A stretch of DNA of 64,000 nucleotides from Leucoraja ocellata (taxonomy: Eukaryota), in NCBI GenBank assembly GCA_036785375.1, contig JAWMAR010000203.1, forward strand, positions 3,410,001 through 3,474,000, read 5' to 3'. Below the pieces are notes generated by a model. It had not been told where the DNA came from and did no database searches. It saw nothing but the letters and a program-made list of their open reading frames with translations. This document shows positions 1-12,020 of this stretch, piece after piece. The position numbers and the translations under genes were made by a program. The stretch's first letter is position 1. Every line of letters begins with the position of its first letter.

Positions 1-659
1 TACAACAAATGGCATATCTGAAGCTTACTGGTCAAGAATCTAGCAATCTGCTTTAAAAAAAGACAGTCTCCACTGCTGTCTGTGGTAATAAATTCCACAG
101 ATTCACCACCCTCAGACTCCACAACTACTTTGTCTATGGAACTATTGCGCTACAATGCTGAGAACTATATTCTGCACTCTCTTTCTTTGAGTTTGGCTTG
201 ATTGTATTTGTGTATAGTATCTGATTTGATTGGACTGCATGCTAAACAAAGCTTTTCACTGTATTTCTGTGTATGTCCCCAACAACTCTCAGCAACATCT
301 ACATATACACCATAGAAAGCATTGTATCAGGATGCATCACATCCTGGTTTGGGATCAACTCAAGACCGCAATAAGTTGCAGAGAGTTGTGGACACAGACA
401 GCCCAGACCATCACACAAACCAACCTTCATTCCTTTGATAGACACAAAATGCTGGAGTAACGCAGTGGAACTGGCAGCATCTCTGGAGAGAAGGAATGGG
501 TGATGTTTCGGGTCGGGACCTCCATTCCTTTGGCTCGCTTCTGCAAGACCAGCAGCGTAATTAAGGACAAGTTGCACGCTAGCCACTCCCTCTTCTTCCC
601 TATCCCCTCTCCCATCAGGCAAGAGGTACAGAAGTGTGAAAACGCACACCTCCAGATTC

Positions 660-3559
660 AAGTCGTCAAGTCACATTTATTTATATAGCACATTGAAAAA
701 ACAACTCTCGTTGGCCAAAGTGCTTTACATTTGTTATAAGAATAGTATAAACAAACAAACTACATACATATATACATATAGCCCTCGCTCAGAGGACGTC
801 ATGAAAGGCTTGGGGGTATAGATAAGTCGTTAGTCTTGACTTTAAAAGGAGTCGATGGAGGGGGCAGTTCTGATGGGAAGAGGGATGCTGTTCCACAGTC
901 TAGGGGCTGCAACCGCAAAGGCGCGGTCGCCCCTGAGCTTATGCCTAGACCGTGAGATATTCAACAACCCCAAGTCGGCTGATCTGAGGGGCATGGAGGT
1001 GGAGTGGTGGGTGAGCAGACTTTTTATGTAGGTGGGGGCAAGCTCATTGAGGGCTTTGTAGACATGGAGGAGGATCTTGAAGTTTATACGGAACCGCACA
1101 GGGAGCCAGTGGAGAGAGGCCAGGATCGGGGTGATGTGGCCCCTTTTTCGGGTGCCCGTCAGGAGGCTCGCTGCGGCGTTTTGGACCAGTTGCAGGCTGG
1201 ACAGGGAAGATTGGCTGATGCCAGTGTAAAGGGAGTTGCAGTAATCTAGGCGGGAGGAGTTGAATGTGTGGATGATCTTTTCCAGGTCATCAAATTGGAG
1301 GAATTGTTTTATTTTAGCTATCGTCCGAAGCTGAAAGAAGCTAGCTCTTACCACGGCATTGACTTGTTTGTCAAATTTCAATGCTGTGTTAAATATCATG
1401 CCAAGGTTTTTGACGTGAGGTTTGAGTAGTGGGGTAAGGCTTCCAAGGCTGCCTGCTATCGTTTTGATTGAGTCCGAGGGGCCGAGAAGGATGACCTCAG
1501 ACTTAAAGTCTTAAAATGACCTCAGACTGTGGACAAGCTTTTCCCTTTGAGAATAAGGAAGTTTCAAACAAGAGGACATGACTTCAGAATTAAGGGACAG
1601 AGGTTTAGGGGTAATATGAGGGGGAACTTCTTTACGCAGAGAGTGGTGGCGGTGTGGAATGAGCTCCCAGTGGAAGTGGTGGAGGCAGGTTCATTGGTAT
1701 CATTTAAAAATAAATTGGATAGGCATATGGATGAGAAGGGAATGGAGGGCTATGGTACGAGTGCAGGCAGGTGGGACTAAGGGGAAAAAAATTTGTTCGG
1801 CATGGACTTGTAGGGCCGAGATGGCCTGTTTCCGTGCTGTAATTGTTATATGGTTATTATATGGTTACTCTAGTTTAGTTTGAGGAAGTTCTGGGCCATC
1901 CAACACTTTATATCCTCGAGGCAGTGGGTAAGGTTAGATTGGTTTTTGGGCTTCAGGGGGAGATAGAGTTGTGTATCGTCTGCGTAGCAATGGAAGGAAA
2001 TGCCGTGCCTTTCAATGACTTGGCCTAATGGGAGCATATACAGGGAGAAGAGAATGGGGCCACGGATGGAACTTTGTGGAACCCCACAGCAGAGACTAGC
2101 TGGGGAGGAGAATGAGTTGCCTATGTTAGTAGAGAAACTCCTACCTTTGAGGTAGGAGATGAACCAGCTCAGGGCAGCGCCATCAATGCCAACCCCGTAC
2201 CGGAGACGGTCAATTAGGATGGTGTGGTCGACAGTATCAAATGCTGCGCTGAGGTCAAGAAGCAAGAAGGAGCAGGATTGCACAGTCGCCGGAGTCAACG
2301 GTGAGGAGTAGGTCATTATGTACCTTCAACCAGGCAGACTCTGTGCTATGGTGGGCCCTGAAACCTGATTGGAAAGTTTCCAAGGTAGTGTTTTAGTGAA
2401 GGCAAGGCATACGTTGACTTAAAATTACCTTTTCAAGGGCTTTTGAGAAGAAAGACAGTTTAGAAATGGGTCTGTAGTTGCTTGGCAAGGTGGGGTCGAG
2501 GTCAGGTTTTGTTCAGGAGTGGATGGAACACCGCATGTTTGAAGCTGGTAGGTACAGTGCTGGTGGCCAGAGAGCTGTTGAAGATGGCGAGGATGCTGGG
2601 ACCGGCTGTTGTAATGACATCCTTTAGGAGGGCAGAGGGGACAGTATCGAGGGGGCAGGTAGTAGGTTTCATGGTGGAGATCAGTTTTACAAGGGAGGGT
2701 AGAGTAACGGGTTGGAAACAATCTAATTTTGAAGAGCAGACCAATGAGACAGCCAGGTCATGGGTGGGAGGGGAAATATTCGTTCTGATGTTCTTTACTT
2801 TGCTGGTGAAAAATGTAGTAAATTCCTCGCACTTGGCAGGGGACCCAGTTAAGCTGGTGCTGGTGGCAGGACAGATGATGGAGGTGATGGTGCTAAAAAG
2901 GACCTTGGAATTATGAGCGTTTTTGGAGATAAGGGTGGAAAAATATTTAGTTCTTGCAGATTTTACCGCTTCCTGGTATTTGTGAAGATTGTTTTTCAGA
3001 AGTTCAAAGGAAATTTGAAGCTTATCAGATGTGTACTTCCGTTCTGATTTTCTGCATTCTCTTCTTAGGGCTCTGGTGGTGTCATTGACCCACGGCTCAC
3101 CTTTAGGCTTGGGCTTTTTCATTTTAAGAGGATCAACAGAATCCATGATGGAAGAGCAGTTAGTATTGAATAAAGAAATGAGGTCATGGTACTGAGATGG
3201 GGGGTGGATGCCTCAATAGTGCAGATGTCGGGGGCGGCTATGAGAGCCTCAGAGAACTTACTGGTCATTGTGGAGTTAACGTAGTGGGAGTAGCGAGCAG
3301 CGAGATGGGATTTTGAGGGAGAGAAAGGCAGAGATATATTGAATATAATAGCACTATGATCAGACAGGCAGGCTTCAATAATATCTGTGTTACAAGTTGG
3401 GAGACCAGACTAAAGCACTAGGTCCAGTGTATGGCCAAGCTTGTGCGTGGGTCCAGTGGTGAGTAGAGACAGATTGAAGGACTCAACCAGGTTCATAAAT
3501 TCACTCACAAAAGGCTTCGTGGGACAGCAGACATGAATGTTAAAGTCACCAAGAATCAG
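660..3559 (-). mobile_element. L2-clade LINE, degenerate ORF2 (EN-RT), interrupted by a CR1 fragment and a solo LTR
   Basis: Minus ORFs 842-1399, 1870-2316 (LLDLSAAFDTVDH, GVPQSSIRGP, YADDTQLY) and 2502-3146 are L2-type RT pieces. The endonuclease motif EFDQVLILGDFNIH is rebuilt by joining 7522-7536 to 3559 and below. Confidence 0.9.
1527..1867 (+). mobile_element. CR1 LINE 3' fragment inserted in L2
   Basis: TRGHDFRIKG...FFTQRVV..WN.LP CR1 C-terminus and ttatatgg tail; nearly identical to the 3' end of the CR1 at 16880-20012. Confidence 0.85.
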
Positions 3560-3877
3560 TGAGGAAATATATAATAAAATTGCTCAAATGATAAGTTCTT
3601 AAGGAACTTGTATTAAGTTGCAAGAGAAAAGCTTGGAGTTGGGGCTTTCAGAAATACATGCCTCCACAAAGAAATAAAGAACAAAGAACACACACAGGAG
3701 AACAGATGGCTTATCACAACATGGAAGTGTTGATCTGATGGGCACCATCCTTCTTCCTTTGTGACACATCTTCCGAGCTCGGGTGTATCATTAAGGCGAT
3801 TTATGGTTGTCTATGTTGGATTGTAGGCACCAAGGGTAGATACAAGTCTGTGAGATGGTTTGTGCTGTTTAAATGTA

Positions 3878-5540
3878 CAGGTGCACAACCTTTTATCCGA
3901 CAGCCTTGGGACCAGACACTTTTCGTAATTTGGAATTTGTCGGTCTTCGGAATGGAAATTGTTTAGCGTAGATTTTAATGGCTGGCTCGGTGGTAGAGTG
4001 CCCCGCTCAAGGTCGCGAGTTTGCGCCTTGATCCCGGCAGTTCCTCGGTCGCGAGTTTGAGTCTTCAATGTAGTTTTTTCTTGCAGAATAAATGTCTGTA
4101 TGAAATGCAGTGTGTTGAATGAATTCCTGAATTTGTAAATGTGACCGCAGCATTGAATCACCTCCCGCACTCGTGTCACCCTAGCGGGGCTACATGCCCT
4201 AAGGCGGCCTAAGGCGACATTTTCACACTCTTATATCCGTGTGCAGCAGAGGCGCCAAACGTGAGCTTTGGTGTGCAGACGACATCCTGGAAAAAATGTC
4301 TGGTTTCTTCCAGGTAGGCGATATACCCTCCCGGGCAATATACCCTCCACTTCTCTTTTATGAAGGTGATTTAGTTCCCCTTTCTTCCAGGACCGACCCG
4401 AGGTTCCGCTGTCACCTCTGCGGGCCGCCCTCGGTGAACGCTCACTCAACTTTGTCTTGGGATTCCTACCCTCCCGCGCAATGTACCCTCACCTTCTCTT
4501 TTATGAATGGGGATTTAGTTCCCCTTTCGTCGAGGACCGACCAGAGGTTCCGCTGTCACCTCTGCGGGCCGCCCTCGGTGAACGTCCTGTCTCCCTGTCC
4601 CTGGGATAGCAGGGGGCGATCAAACAGCACAATACCCCCCTCCCCCTCCCCCCCCCACCCCCAACTCCAGAGGAATCCGCTCCCCGATGGGCCGCTACGG
4701 CGACAAGCGGCAGTTCGCCCACAGCCCGAGAACAAGACGCACCTTGCGCACCAGCAGCAGCTGCCCCTCTGGAGTTGGAGCGGGGCTGGACTGGAGTTGC
4801 TGATCTGGGATCTCCGTGCTTGCAGTGGGCCTGGGGGTCGGTGTCCCGATGAGGGGGCGCAGCTCGGGCTGTGGGCGAACTGCCACTTGTCGCCGTAGTG
4901 GCCCATCGGGGAGCGGCTTCTGGTGGTCCCGATGTCTCCCGCTAGTTTGCAGTTTTCCTCTGGAGTTGGAACGGGGCTGGGCTGCTGCTGGCTGTGGGTC
5001 TCTGGGATCTCCGTGCTTGCAGTGGGCCTGGGGGTTGGTGTCCCGTTGGTCCTGACGTCTCCGGTGACTGGCATTGCCGACGTGAAGACAGTGCAAAGCC
5101 CCCACGCCGGTGCAATGGGCGGGGAGCTGGAGAGGGGAGGGAAGGGGTCACACACATGGCCGGGAAGCAGAGGGGTGTAGGTGGAGTGAAACTGAAGGGA
5201 GCGACAATCTGCTTGTCCCTGCCCGCTGAGTTAAAAGGTTCCCACGCAAGACTCACGATACACTGTGTATCGTGAGTCTACCGTGGGAACATTTTAACTC
5301 AGCGGGCAGACAGCAGCATATTGTCAATTATTAACCCTCCCGCGCAATATACCCTCGTCTTCTCTTTTATGAATGGGGATTTAGTTCCCCTTTCTTCGAG
5401 GACCGCCCGGAGGTTCCGCTGTCACCTCTGCGGGCCGCCCTCGGTGAACGTTTTCAAGGACCTTTTTTCAAGGACTGAAAAAATGTCGCTATTCGGAGGT
5501 TTTCGTTATTTGGATCTTCGGATAAAAGGTTGTGCACCTG
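3878..5540. mobile_element. Non-autonomous Tc1/mariner (Tigger/pogo-like) element
   Basis: Perfect 23-bp TIR CAGGTGCACAACCTTTTATCCGA at both ends, flanked by TA (3876-77, 5541-42). Three ~115-bp internal direct repeats (~4325-4440, ~4467-4583, ~5335-5450). Confidence 0.85.
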
Positions 5541-6314
5541 TATTTATGTTGAGATAAGAGATAAGGCATAGGTGATGGTTGCGTGACCTTTGCAAAAGGA
5601 TTTCTTATGGTTACCAGAAACTGAGAAAGTAACTCTGTTTTGATAATCTTTCATTTGTTGTGAGGAATGCTTTTAGTGAAGAGGCCTTACATTATTTTCC
5701 TCCAGAGATAGAAGGGGGAGGTTGTAATACAAAATGAAATTAGACCCGAGCTTGTGAAGAAGCAATCAAGTGTGATAGTTAATGGCCTTTATGTGGATGG
5801 AGTTGGGAATTGTGTGATTAGCAATAACTTAAGTCTTTACCACTTTGTAAGAATGGGGCAAAACTCATCTTTAATCTTTGTAATCCATAAGTAACTGTAT
5901 TTTAACTATGTGGTTGTAAGGAAATTAATTGTGAAGTGTATTGTGTTTAATTACAATTGTAAATATTAGACTTTGTTTAAATCTGAAGTTTTAGAAATAG
6001 CTTTCTGAAAAGTATTCTGTGAGAATTAGTTTTATATCTGTGGTTTTACTTTATTGAAATAAAATGATTTTGAGCAAAGAGGTTGAAGAAACCACAGAGG
6101 GGATGAAGGTTGTAAAGGGGCTGGAAAAGGGAAAATCATGTGACTATACGTTTTGTCAGTCAATGGAAAGGATTTAGTTGATTGGTTAATGCAAATAAGT
6201 TAAAATGTATGGTAAACCATAATGATTGGTTAATAGTTAGCCACTCCTTTTGTGCCATCCTTGTCTTTTACCTATATAATGTGTTACATTTATGCCAAAG
6301 TCAGTAGTTCTTTC

Positions 6315-7370
6315 CAAAGATCTTATAGCAGAGCAAGATGGGTTACTCTCACGCAAAAGTGTAGTACGCTCATGGGCGGATTCATGGGTGATTATTTTAG
6401 CAACCAGCCCCCGCCATCTTGTTCCGCCAACTTGCTCAGTCATCTTGCTTCCGGTCGGAGTGTGCGGCCCGGGGCAGCGGGAGAGGGAGTGTGGGGTCCG
6501 GGGCAGCGGGAGAGGGAGTGTGGGGTCCGGGGCAGCGGGAGAGGGAGTGTGGGGTCCGGGGCAGCGGGAGAGGGAGTGTGGGGTCCGGGGCAGCGGGAGA
6601 GGAAGTGTGGGGTCCGGGGCAGCGGGAGAGGAAGTGTGGGGTCCGGGGCAGCGGGAGAGGGAGTGTGGGGGCAGTGGGAGAGGGAGTGCGGGGCAGCGGG
6701 GAGCGGGGCATAGGAGGGGGTGAGACATTGTAGTGAGGGGGCAGGCGATGGAGTGCCGGGGGGGGGGGATAAGGCCTAGTGTGTGTGAAGTTGCGGGGAG
6801 GTTTACAATGTTTCTTATTTACAATGTTTCTTATTTAATGTCCCTTGTCTAGTCTGAAATAAAGTTCATTATTGGATCAGAAGAAATATAATTGTGTGTG
6901 TTATATGATTATATACATTTATATAATTTTCATGTATGTGTGTTTATAAACATTTTATTCTTTAACAAGAATTAACAGAATTATGAACTAACAGTATTAT
7001 GAATCTAACCCTATATCACACACAAAAAGTTCCCCCGCAATGTCAATTACCCTGCGAGTTGGGTCGGTTCCGGTTACTACAAAATCAACTCAAACACTGC
7101 TTGTGAGCCATTTAAAAAGAAATGATTTAAAAAACATTAAAAAAGACAATTACCAGAGTCATATTTTATTCTTGACAAGAAGTTTGAACTGACAGATTTA
7201 TGAATCTAACCCACACAAACTGTTGCCCCGCAACATTGATTACACTGTGAGTCGGGTCAGGTCAGGTAGGCTCAGGTTGCTAAAATGGGCGGGGAAAAAT
7301 GGATCCCCTCCATAGCGGATCCATTGCATTTAGCAGGAGTAGCCTATCTTGCTCTGCTATAGGATCTTTG
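6315..7370. mobile_element. Non-autonomous DNA transposon with 8-bp TSD (P-element-like or hAT)
   Basis: TIR CAAAGATC(T/C)TATAGCAGAGCAAGAT; 8-bp TSD GTTCTTTC at 6307-6314 and 7371-7378. Confidence 0.8.
6466..6710. repeat. G-rich ~28-bp minisatellite (CCGGGGCAGCGGGAGAGGGAGTGTGGGGT-like units)
   Basis: About 8 tandem units inside the 6315-7370 element. Confidence 0.9.
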
Positions 7371-7851
7371 GTTCTTTCGACCTGCTCCAGGGTTTCTAAC
7401 TGTGTTGGAAGGTTTAAAGAATTATCCAGCACTGTCTGAATAAATAATTGATTTTAGCAGCAATGGTTTGAATCGAGTTTTCTTGAATTAGACTGGCAAA
7501 AAGAACTCCTTTTAACATCAGGACCTGGTCAAATTCGGGGACAGTTTCTTCCCAGCTGTTATTAGACAACTGACCTATCCCACCAATAACTAGAGAGCAT
7601 TCCTGAACTACTATCTACCTCATTAGAGACCATCAGATTATCTTTGATTGGACTTTATCTTGCATAAACATTGTGCACATTGTTGCCTTTATCGTGTATC
7701 TGTACACTTTGGACAGTTTGATTGTTGCTTTCTGCTGACTGGTTAGCACCCAGCAAAAAGCTGTTCACTGTACCTCGGTACACGTGACAATAAACTAAAC
7801 TCAATTCAAGTGAAGGTGACAATAATAAACCCTTTTCTGTCTTTTGTTCAG

Positions 7852-8190
7852 ATGCATTCATCACTTGTGAACCAGCCACAGATGTAGAGATCGGCAAGGA
7901 TGTCACCTTCAAGTGTACGTTTAAGTGCGACAATCCATGTGTACCGAGGGTGAGGTGGGAGAAGGATCAAGATGCTGGAATCTTGTACGAGTACAAGGGA
8001 GATAAAAGCGATGTCAGCAAACAACATGCCAACTACTCGGGAAGAATTGAAGTCGACACATCCTCATTTAAAGAAGGAAAAGCATTTCTTACATTGAAGA
8101 ATGTCGAAATCTGGGATGAGGGAAAGTACATTGTCAGTATTAGCACTGACAATGGATATGGACCTGGATTTGTCCAGCTATCTGTTTGGG
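7852..8190 (+). CDS. Gene A exon: IgV domain of a B7/butyrophilin-family (B7-H4/VTCN1-like) protein
   Basis: Acceptor cttttctgtcttttgttcag, donor G|gtatgt, phase 1-1. Translation (D)AFITCEPATDVEIGKDVTFKCTFKCDNPCVPRVRWEKDQDAGILYEYKGDKSDVSKQHANYSGRIEVDTSSFKEGKAFLTLKNVEIWDEGKYIVSISTDNGYGPGFVQLSVW shows B7/BTN V hallmarks (Q..Y.GR, G.A.L.L.NV...D.G.Y). Confidence 0.9.
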
Positions 8191-8587
8191 GTATGTTTTC
8201 ATACTTGATAGGAGCAGAATTAGGCCATTCGGCCCATCGGTCATTCGGCCATCTCCTGCCTTCTCCCCCATACCCCCTTACTACCGTACTAATCGAGAAC
8301 CTGTCAATCTCCATTTTAAAAATACCCAATGACTTGGACTCCACAGCTGTCAGTGGCAGTGAATTCCACAGATTCACCACCCTCAGGCTGTAGAAATTCT
8401 TCCTCTTCTCCTTTCTAAAGGAACATTGTTTTATTCTGATGTTGTCCCAGGCTCACCCACTACTGGAAACCTCCTTGTCTTCTCTCTTATTCTGTTTACA
8501 GTGAGGGTCAAATGCACCTGGGTGTATTTATTTAATTGTTCAGTATTAGGGATTATTTTTAATTCTTAACGCAGCTTTTTTTACAGG

Positions 8588-11135
8588 AAGTCAAGTCAAG
8601 TTTATTTGTCACATACACATACGAGATGTGCAGTGAAATGAAAGTGGCAATGCTCGTGGACTTTTGTGCAAAAGACAAACAACAAAACAACCAACAAATT
8701 ATAAACACAATCATAACATACATATTCTTTTACATAATAAATATGGAAGGAAAAACGTTCAGTAGAGTTAGTCCCTGGTGAGATAGGCGTTTACAGTCCG
8801 AATTGCCTCTGGGAAGAAACTCCTTCTCAACCTCTCCGTTCTCACCGAATGGCAACGGAGGCGTTTGCCTGACCGTAGCTGCTGGAACAGTCCGTTGCAG
8901 GGGTGGAAAGGGTCTCCCATGATTTTTTTTGCTCTGGAGTTGCACCTCCTGTTGTATAGTTCCTGCAGGGGGGCGCATGAAGTTCCCATAGTGCGTTCAG
9001 CCGAACGCACTACTCTCTGCAGAGCCTTCTTGTCCTTGGCAGAGCAATTCCCAAACCAGATGGTAATGTTCCCGGACAAGATGCTTTCCACCGCCGCTGC
9101 GTAGAAGCACTGGAGGATCCTCGGAGACACTCTGAATTTCCTCAATTGCCTGAGGTGGTAAAGGCGCTGCCTTGCCTTACTCACGAGCACTGAGGCGTGT
9201 GATGCCCATGTCATATCCTCAGAGATGTGGACTCCCAGATATTTAAAACAGTTCACCCTATCCACAGGATCCCCATTTATACTCAATGGAGTGTACGTCC
9301 ATGGATGATGTGCCCTCCTAAAGTCCATGATCAGCTCCTTCGGTTTTTTTTTATGTTCAAGAGGAGGCTGTTATCCAGGCACCAGAGTGCTAGACCAGCC
9401 ACCTCCTCCCGGTAGGCCTTCTCGTCGTTGTCTGAGATCAGGCCCACCACCACAGTGTCATCAGCAAACTTAATTAATGAGTTGGAGCTGAACCTAGCCA
9501 CACAATCATGTGTGTACAGGGAGTACAATAGGGGGCTGAGGACGCAACCCTGAGGCGATCCTGTGCTCAGGGTGAGGGACTTTGATGTATTCCCTCCAAT
9601 CTTGATTACCTGAGGCCTGGCGGTGAGGAAGTCCAGGACCCAGGCACACAGGGGGGTGTTGAGCCCCAATTCCATTAGCTTCCCGGCCAGTCTGGTGGGG
9701 ACTATTGTGTTGAAGGCTGAACTGTAGTCTATAAACAGCATCCTCACGTAGCCCCCCTTCTGGCTGTCCAGATGGGAGAGAGCGGTGTGCAAGACCTGGG
9801 AGACCGCATCGTCCGTGGACCTGTTCAGACGGTATGCAAACTGCAACGGGTCCATGTTCCGAGGGAGGAAGGCGCAGATGTGATTCTTCACCAGCCTCTC
9901 AAAGCATTTCATGACTACTGAGGTAAGGGCCACCGGACGGTAGTCATCCAGACAGGCTGTGGAGGCATTTTTTGGTACCGGTACAATGATGGATTTTTTG
10001 AAGCAGGCAGGGACCACGGACTTGTCCAGGGAGAGGTTGAATAATGTAGTGAGCACCGGAGCTAGCTGCGTAGCACAGGACTTGAGTACTCGCCCCGAGG
10101 TGCCATCGGGGCCTGCAGCTTTTCTCGTGTTCACCCGTGTCAGAGCCCTCCTCACGTCGTGCTCGGACAGCGAGAATGTGTGCACATTTCTCCCTTCAGC
10201 TTCGGTAGCCAGCCCGCTGGCGGTATTGTCGATAGTCGGCAGACCTGGAGTGGTGTTGCCCCTCTCGAAACGAGCGTAGAAGGAGTTCAGGTCGTCAGCT
10301 AGGGAGGTGCCGGCACATGCGGATGAGGAAGGGGTGCTCCGGTAGTTGGTTACAATCCGTAGCCCCTGCCACAGGCTTCTGGTGTCCTGCTGCTCCATCT
10401 GTAACTCCATCTTGTCCCTGTACCTTCTCTTTGCGTCCTTCACCGCCCTTCGCAGTTGGTAGGACTCTGCCTTGTAGACGTCCATGTTTCCTGATGCCAG
10501 GCCCAAGTTGTAGGCAGCGGTGCGAGCATTCAGGGCCACACGAACAGATCTGTCTACCCAGGGTTTTTGGTTCGGGAAGGTGCTTACCCTTACCGCGGGG
10601 ATAATGTTGTCGGTTACTGTTGCGATGAAGTCCGTGACTGCTTCCGCGAAGTCACTGACGTCACTGGAACTTGCTTCGAACATATTCCAGTCGACATCAC
10701 TCAGTGCATCTTGCAGTATGGCCTCTGACTGGTCGGACCACCGCTTTACGTCCCTCGTCTCTACCGCTTCCCGAACTATCCTCTGTTTATACTCCGGCAA
10801 CAGGAAAATGGCAGCGTGGTCAGATTTTCCTAGGGGAGGGAGTGAAACGGCCTTGTAGCCTTTCCTGAACAGTGTGTAGCAGTGGTCCAAAGTTCTCTCC
10901 CCCCTGGTGGCACACGTGATGTGTTGGTAGAAGTTCGGCATGACCTTCTTGAGATTTGATTTATTACCATAGCCGCATCCGGGTACTTGTTTTGATGTCG
11001 ATATAGCACATCGTGTAGGGCCGATAGTGCCACGTCGCTGTCCGCCTGCGGTGGAATGTAGACAGCTGTGACGATCACTGAGCCGAACTCCCGGGGAAGG
11101 TAGAATGGGCGGCATGAGATTGCCAGATGCCGAAA
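8588..11135 (-). mobile_element. Rex1/Babar LINE, 5'-truncated, frameshifted EN-RT
   Basis: ORF 9331-11148 (YRPVALTSVVMKCFERL, FIDYSSAFNT, GSPQGCVLSP, KFADDT) and C-terminal ORF 8768-9328. EN remnant IVTAVYIPP. (CTTGA)n tail at ~8588-8600. Lies in the gene A V-C intron. Confidence 0.9.
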
Positions 11136-11274
11136 ATTCTGGTGTCATCTCCCTTCATCAAAATTCTCTTGTGAAGTTCCACCAGTTCAAATAAACTTCA
11201 TGCCTCAGTCCACGGCATCAAAGTTACAAAGAACAGGGATGTCTTTGGGGTGTCTAATTATACAACTATTAATG

Positions 11275-11720
11275 GCGGCATGGTGGCACAGCGGTAGAGT
11301 TGCTGTCTTACTGCACCAGAGACCAGAATTCGATCCTTACTATGGATACAGTCTGTATGGAGTATGTACGTTCTCCCCGTGACCACGTGGGGGCACCGGC
11401 TTCCTCCCACACAAAAGACATACAGGTCTTAAGAAAGGTCTTGACCCGAAACGTCACCCATTCCTTCTACAGAGATGCTGCCTGAGTTACTCCAGCATTT
11501 TATGTCTATCCTAGGTCGGTAGGTTAATTGGTATCGGTAAAAAATCTCAATTGTCCTGCACATCTTTGGAGTGTGGGAGGACACAGGAGCACCTGGAGAA
11601 AACCCACGTGGTCACGGGGAAAATGGACAAACTCCGTACAGACAGCACCCATAGTCAGGATGGAAGCCAGGTCTGTGGCGCTGTAAGGCAGCAACTCTAC
11701 CGCTGCGTCACCATGTCGCC
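11275..11720. mobile_element. Two tRNA-derived HE1/V-SINE-like fragments, tail-to-tail, with a Penelope repeat piece
   Basis: GGCGGCATGGTGGCACAGCGGTAGAGTTGCTG head with B-box-like TTCGATCC; inverted copy ~11560-11720. Confidence 0.7.
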
Positions 11721-11756
11721 ATTAATGGTTGCTATTTATGTTTCTTTTCTTGGCAG

Positions 11757-12020
11757 CTGCTGCTGATCCTATCAAAATTATCATGAATTCCGAAATGGAC
11801 ATGCTCTCTTGCCAGTCGTCAGGGTGGTATCCTGCCCCAACGGTGGAGTGGAGGGACAAATCGGGGAACGATTTAAACAAACACAGTGAAATAATCATGA
11901 AAGAACCCAATGGCCATTTCAACGTGACCCACAATCTGAAAGTATTTGACAAACAGAATCAGTACATCTGCTCAATGTGGCATAAGTGGATGAAAAAACA
12001 GACTCGAGTGGTTTTCTCGG
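11757..12020 (+). CDS. Gene A exon: B7/BTN-type IgC domain
   Basis: Acceptor tttcttttcttggcag, donor G|gtaagt, phase 1-1. (A)AADPIKIIMNSEMDMLSCQSSGWYPAPTVEWRDKSGNDLNKHSEIIMKEPNGHFNVTHNLKVFDKQNQYICSMWHKWMKKQTRVVFS contains the C.SSGWYP.P.V.W and Y.C...H motifs. Confidence 0.92.

Larger units (their letters stand above)
3560..7517 (+). mobile_element. Solo LTR (ERV1/Gypsy-like, about 1.2 kb net) carrying two nested DNA transposons
   Basis: Begins TG (3560) and ends CA (7517). 4-bp TSD TCAG at 3556-3559 and 7518-7521. Splits an L2 coding motif. TATA-like TATATAA near 6273 and AATAAA at 7439-7444. Confidence 0.75.

Noticed and set aside
4325-5450. CRISPR-like or regulatory array of direct repeats
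   Set aside because: Three ~115-bp repeats with irregular spacing inside a TIR element in vertebrate DNA.
6237-6733. Overlapping Gly/Pro-rich ORFs
   Set aside because: Minisatellite translation inside a transposon.
7852-7887. ATG at the start of the gene A V exon as initiator
   Set aside because: Out of frame with the Ig domain; it stops after 11 codons.
11275-11345. tRNA genes
   Set aside because: The tRNA-like heads continue into SINE bodies and lack a full cloverleaf.
7852-12020. Assigning the symbol VTCN1, HHLA2, CD276 or BTN
   Set aside because: The family is clear, but orthology cannot be fixed without a search and phylogeny.
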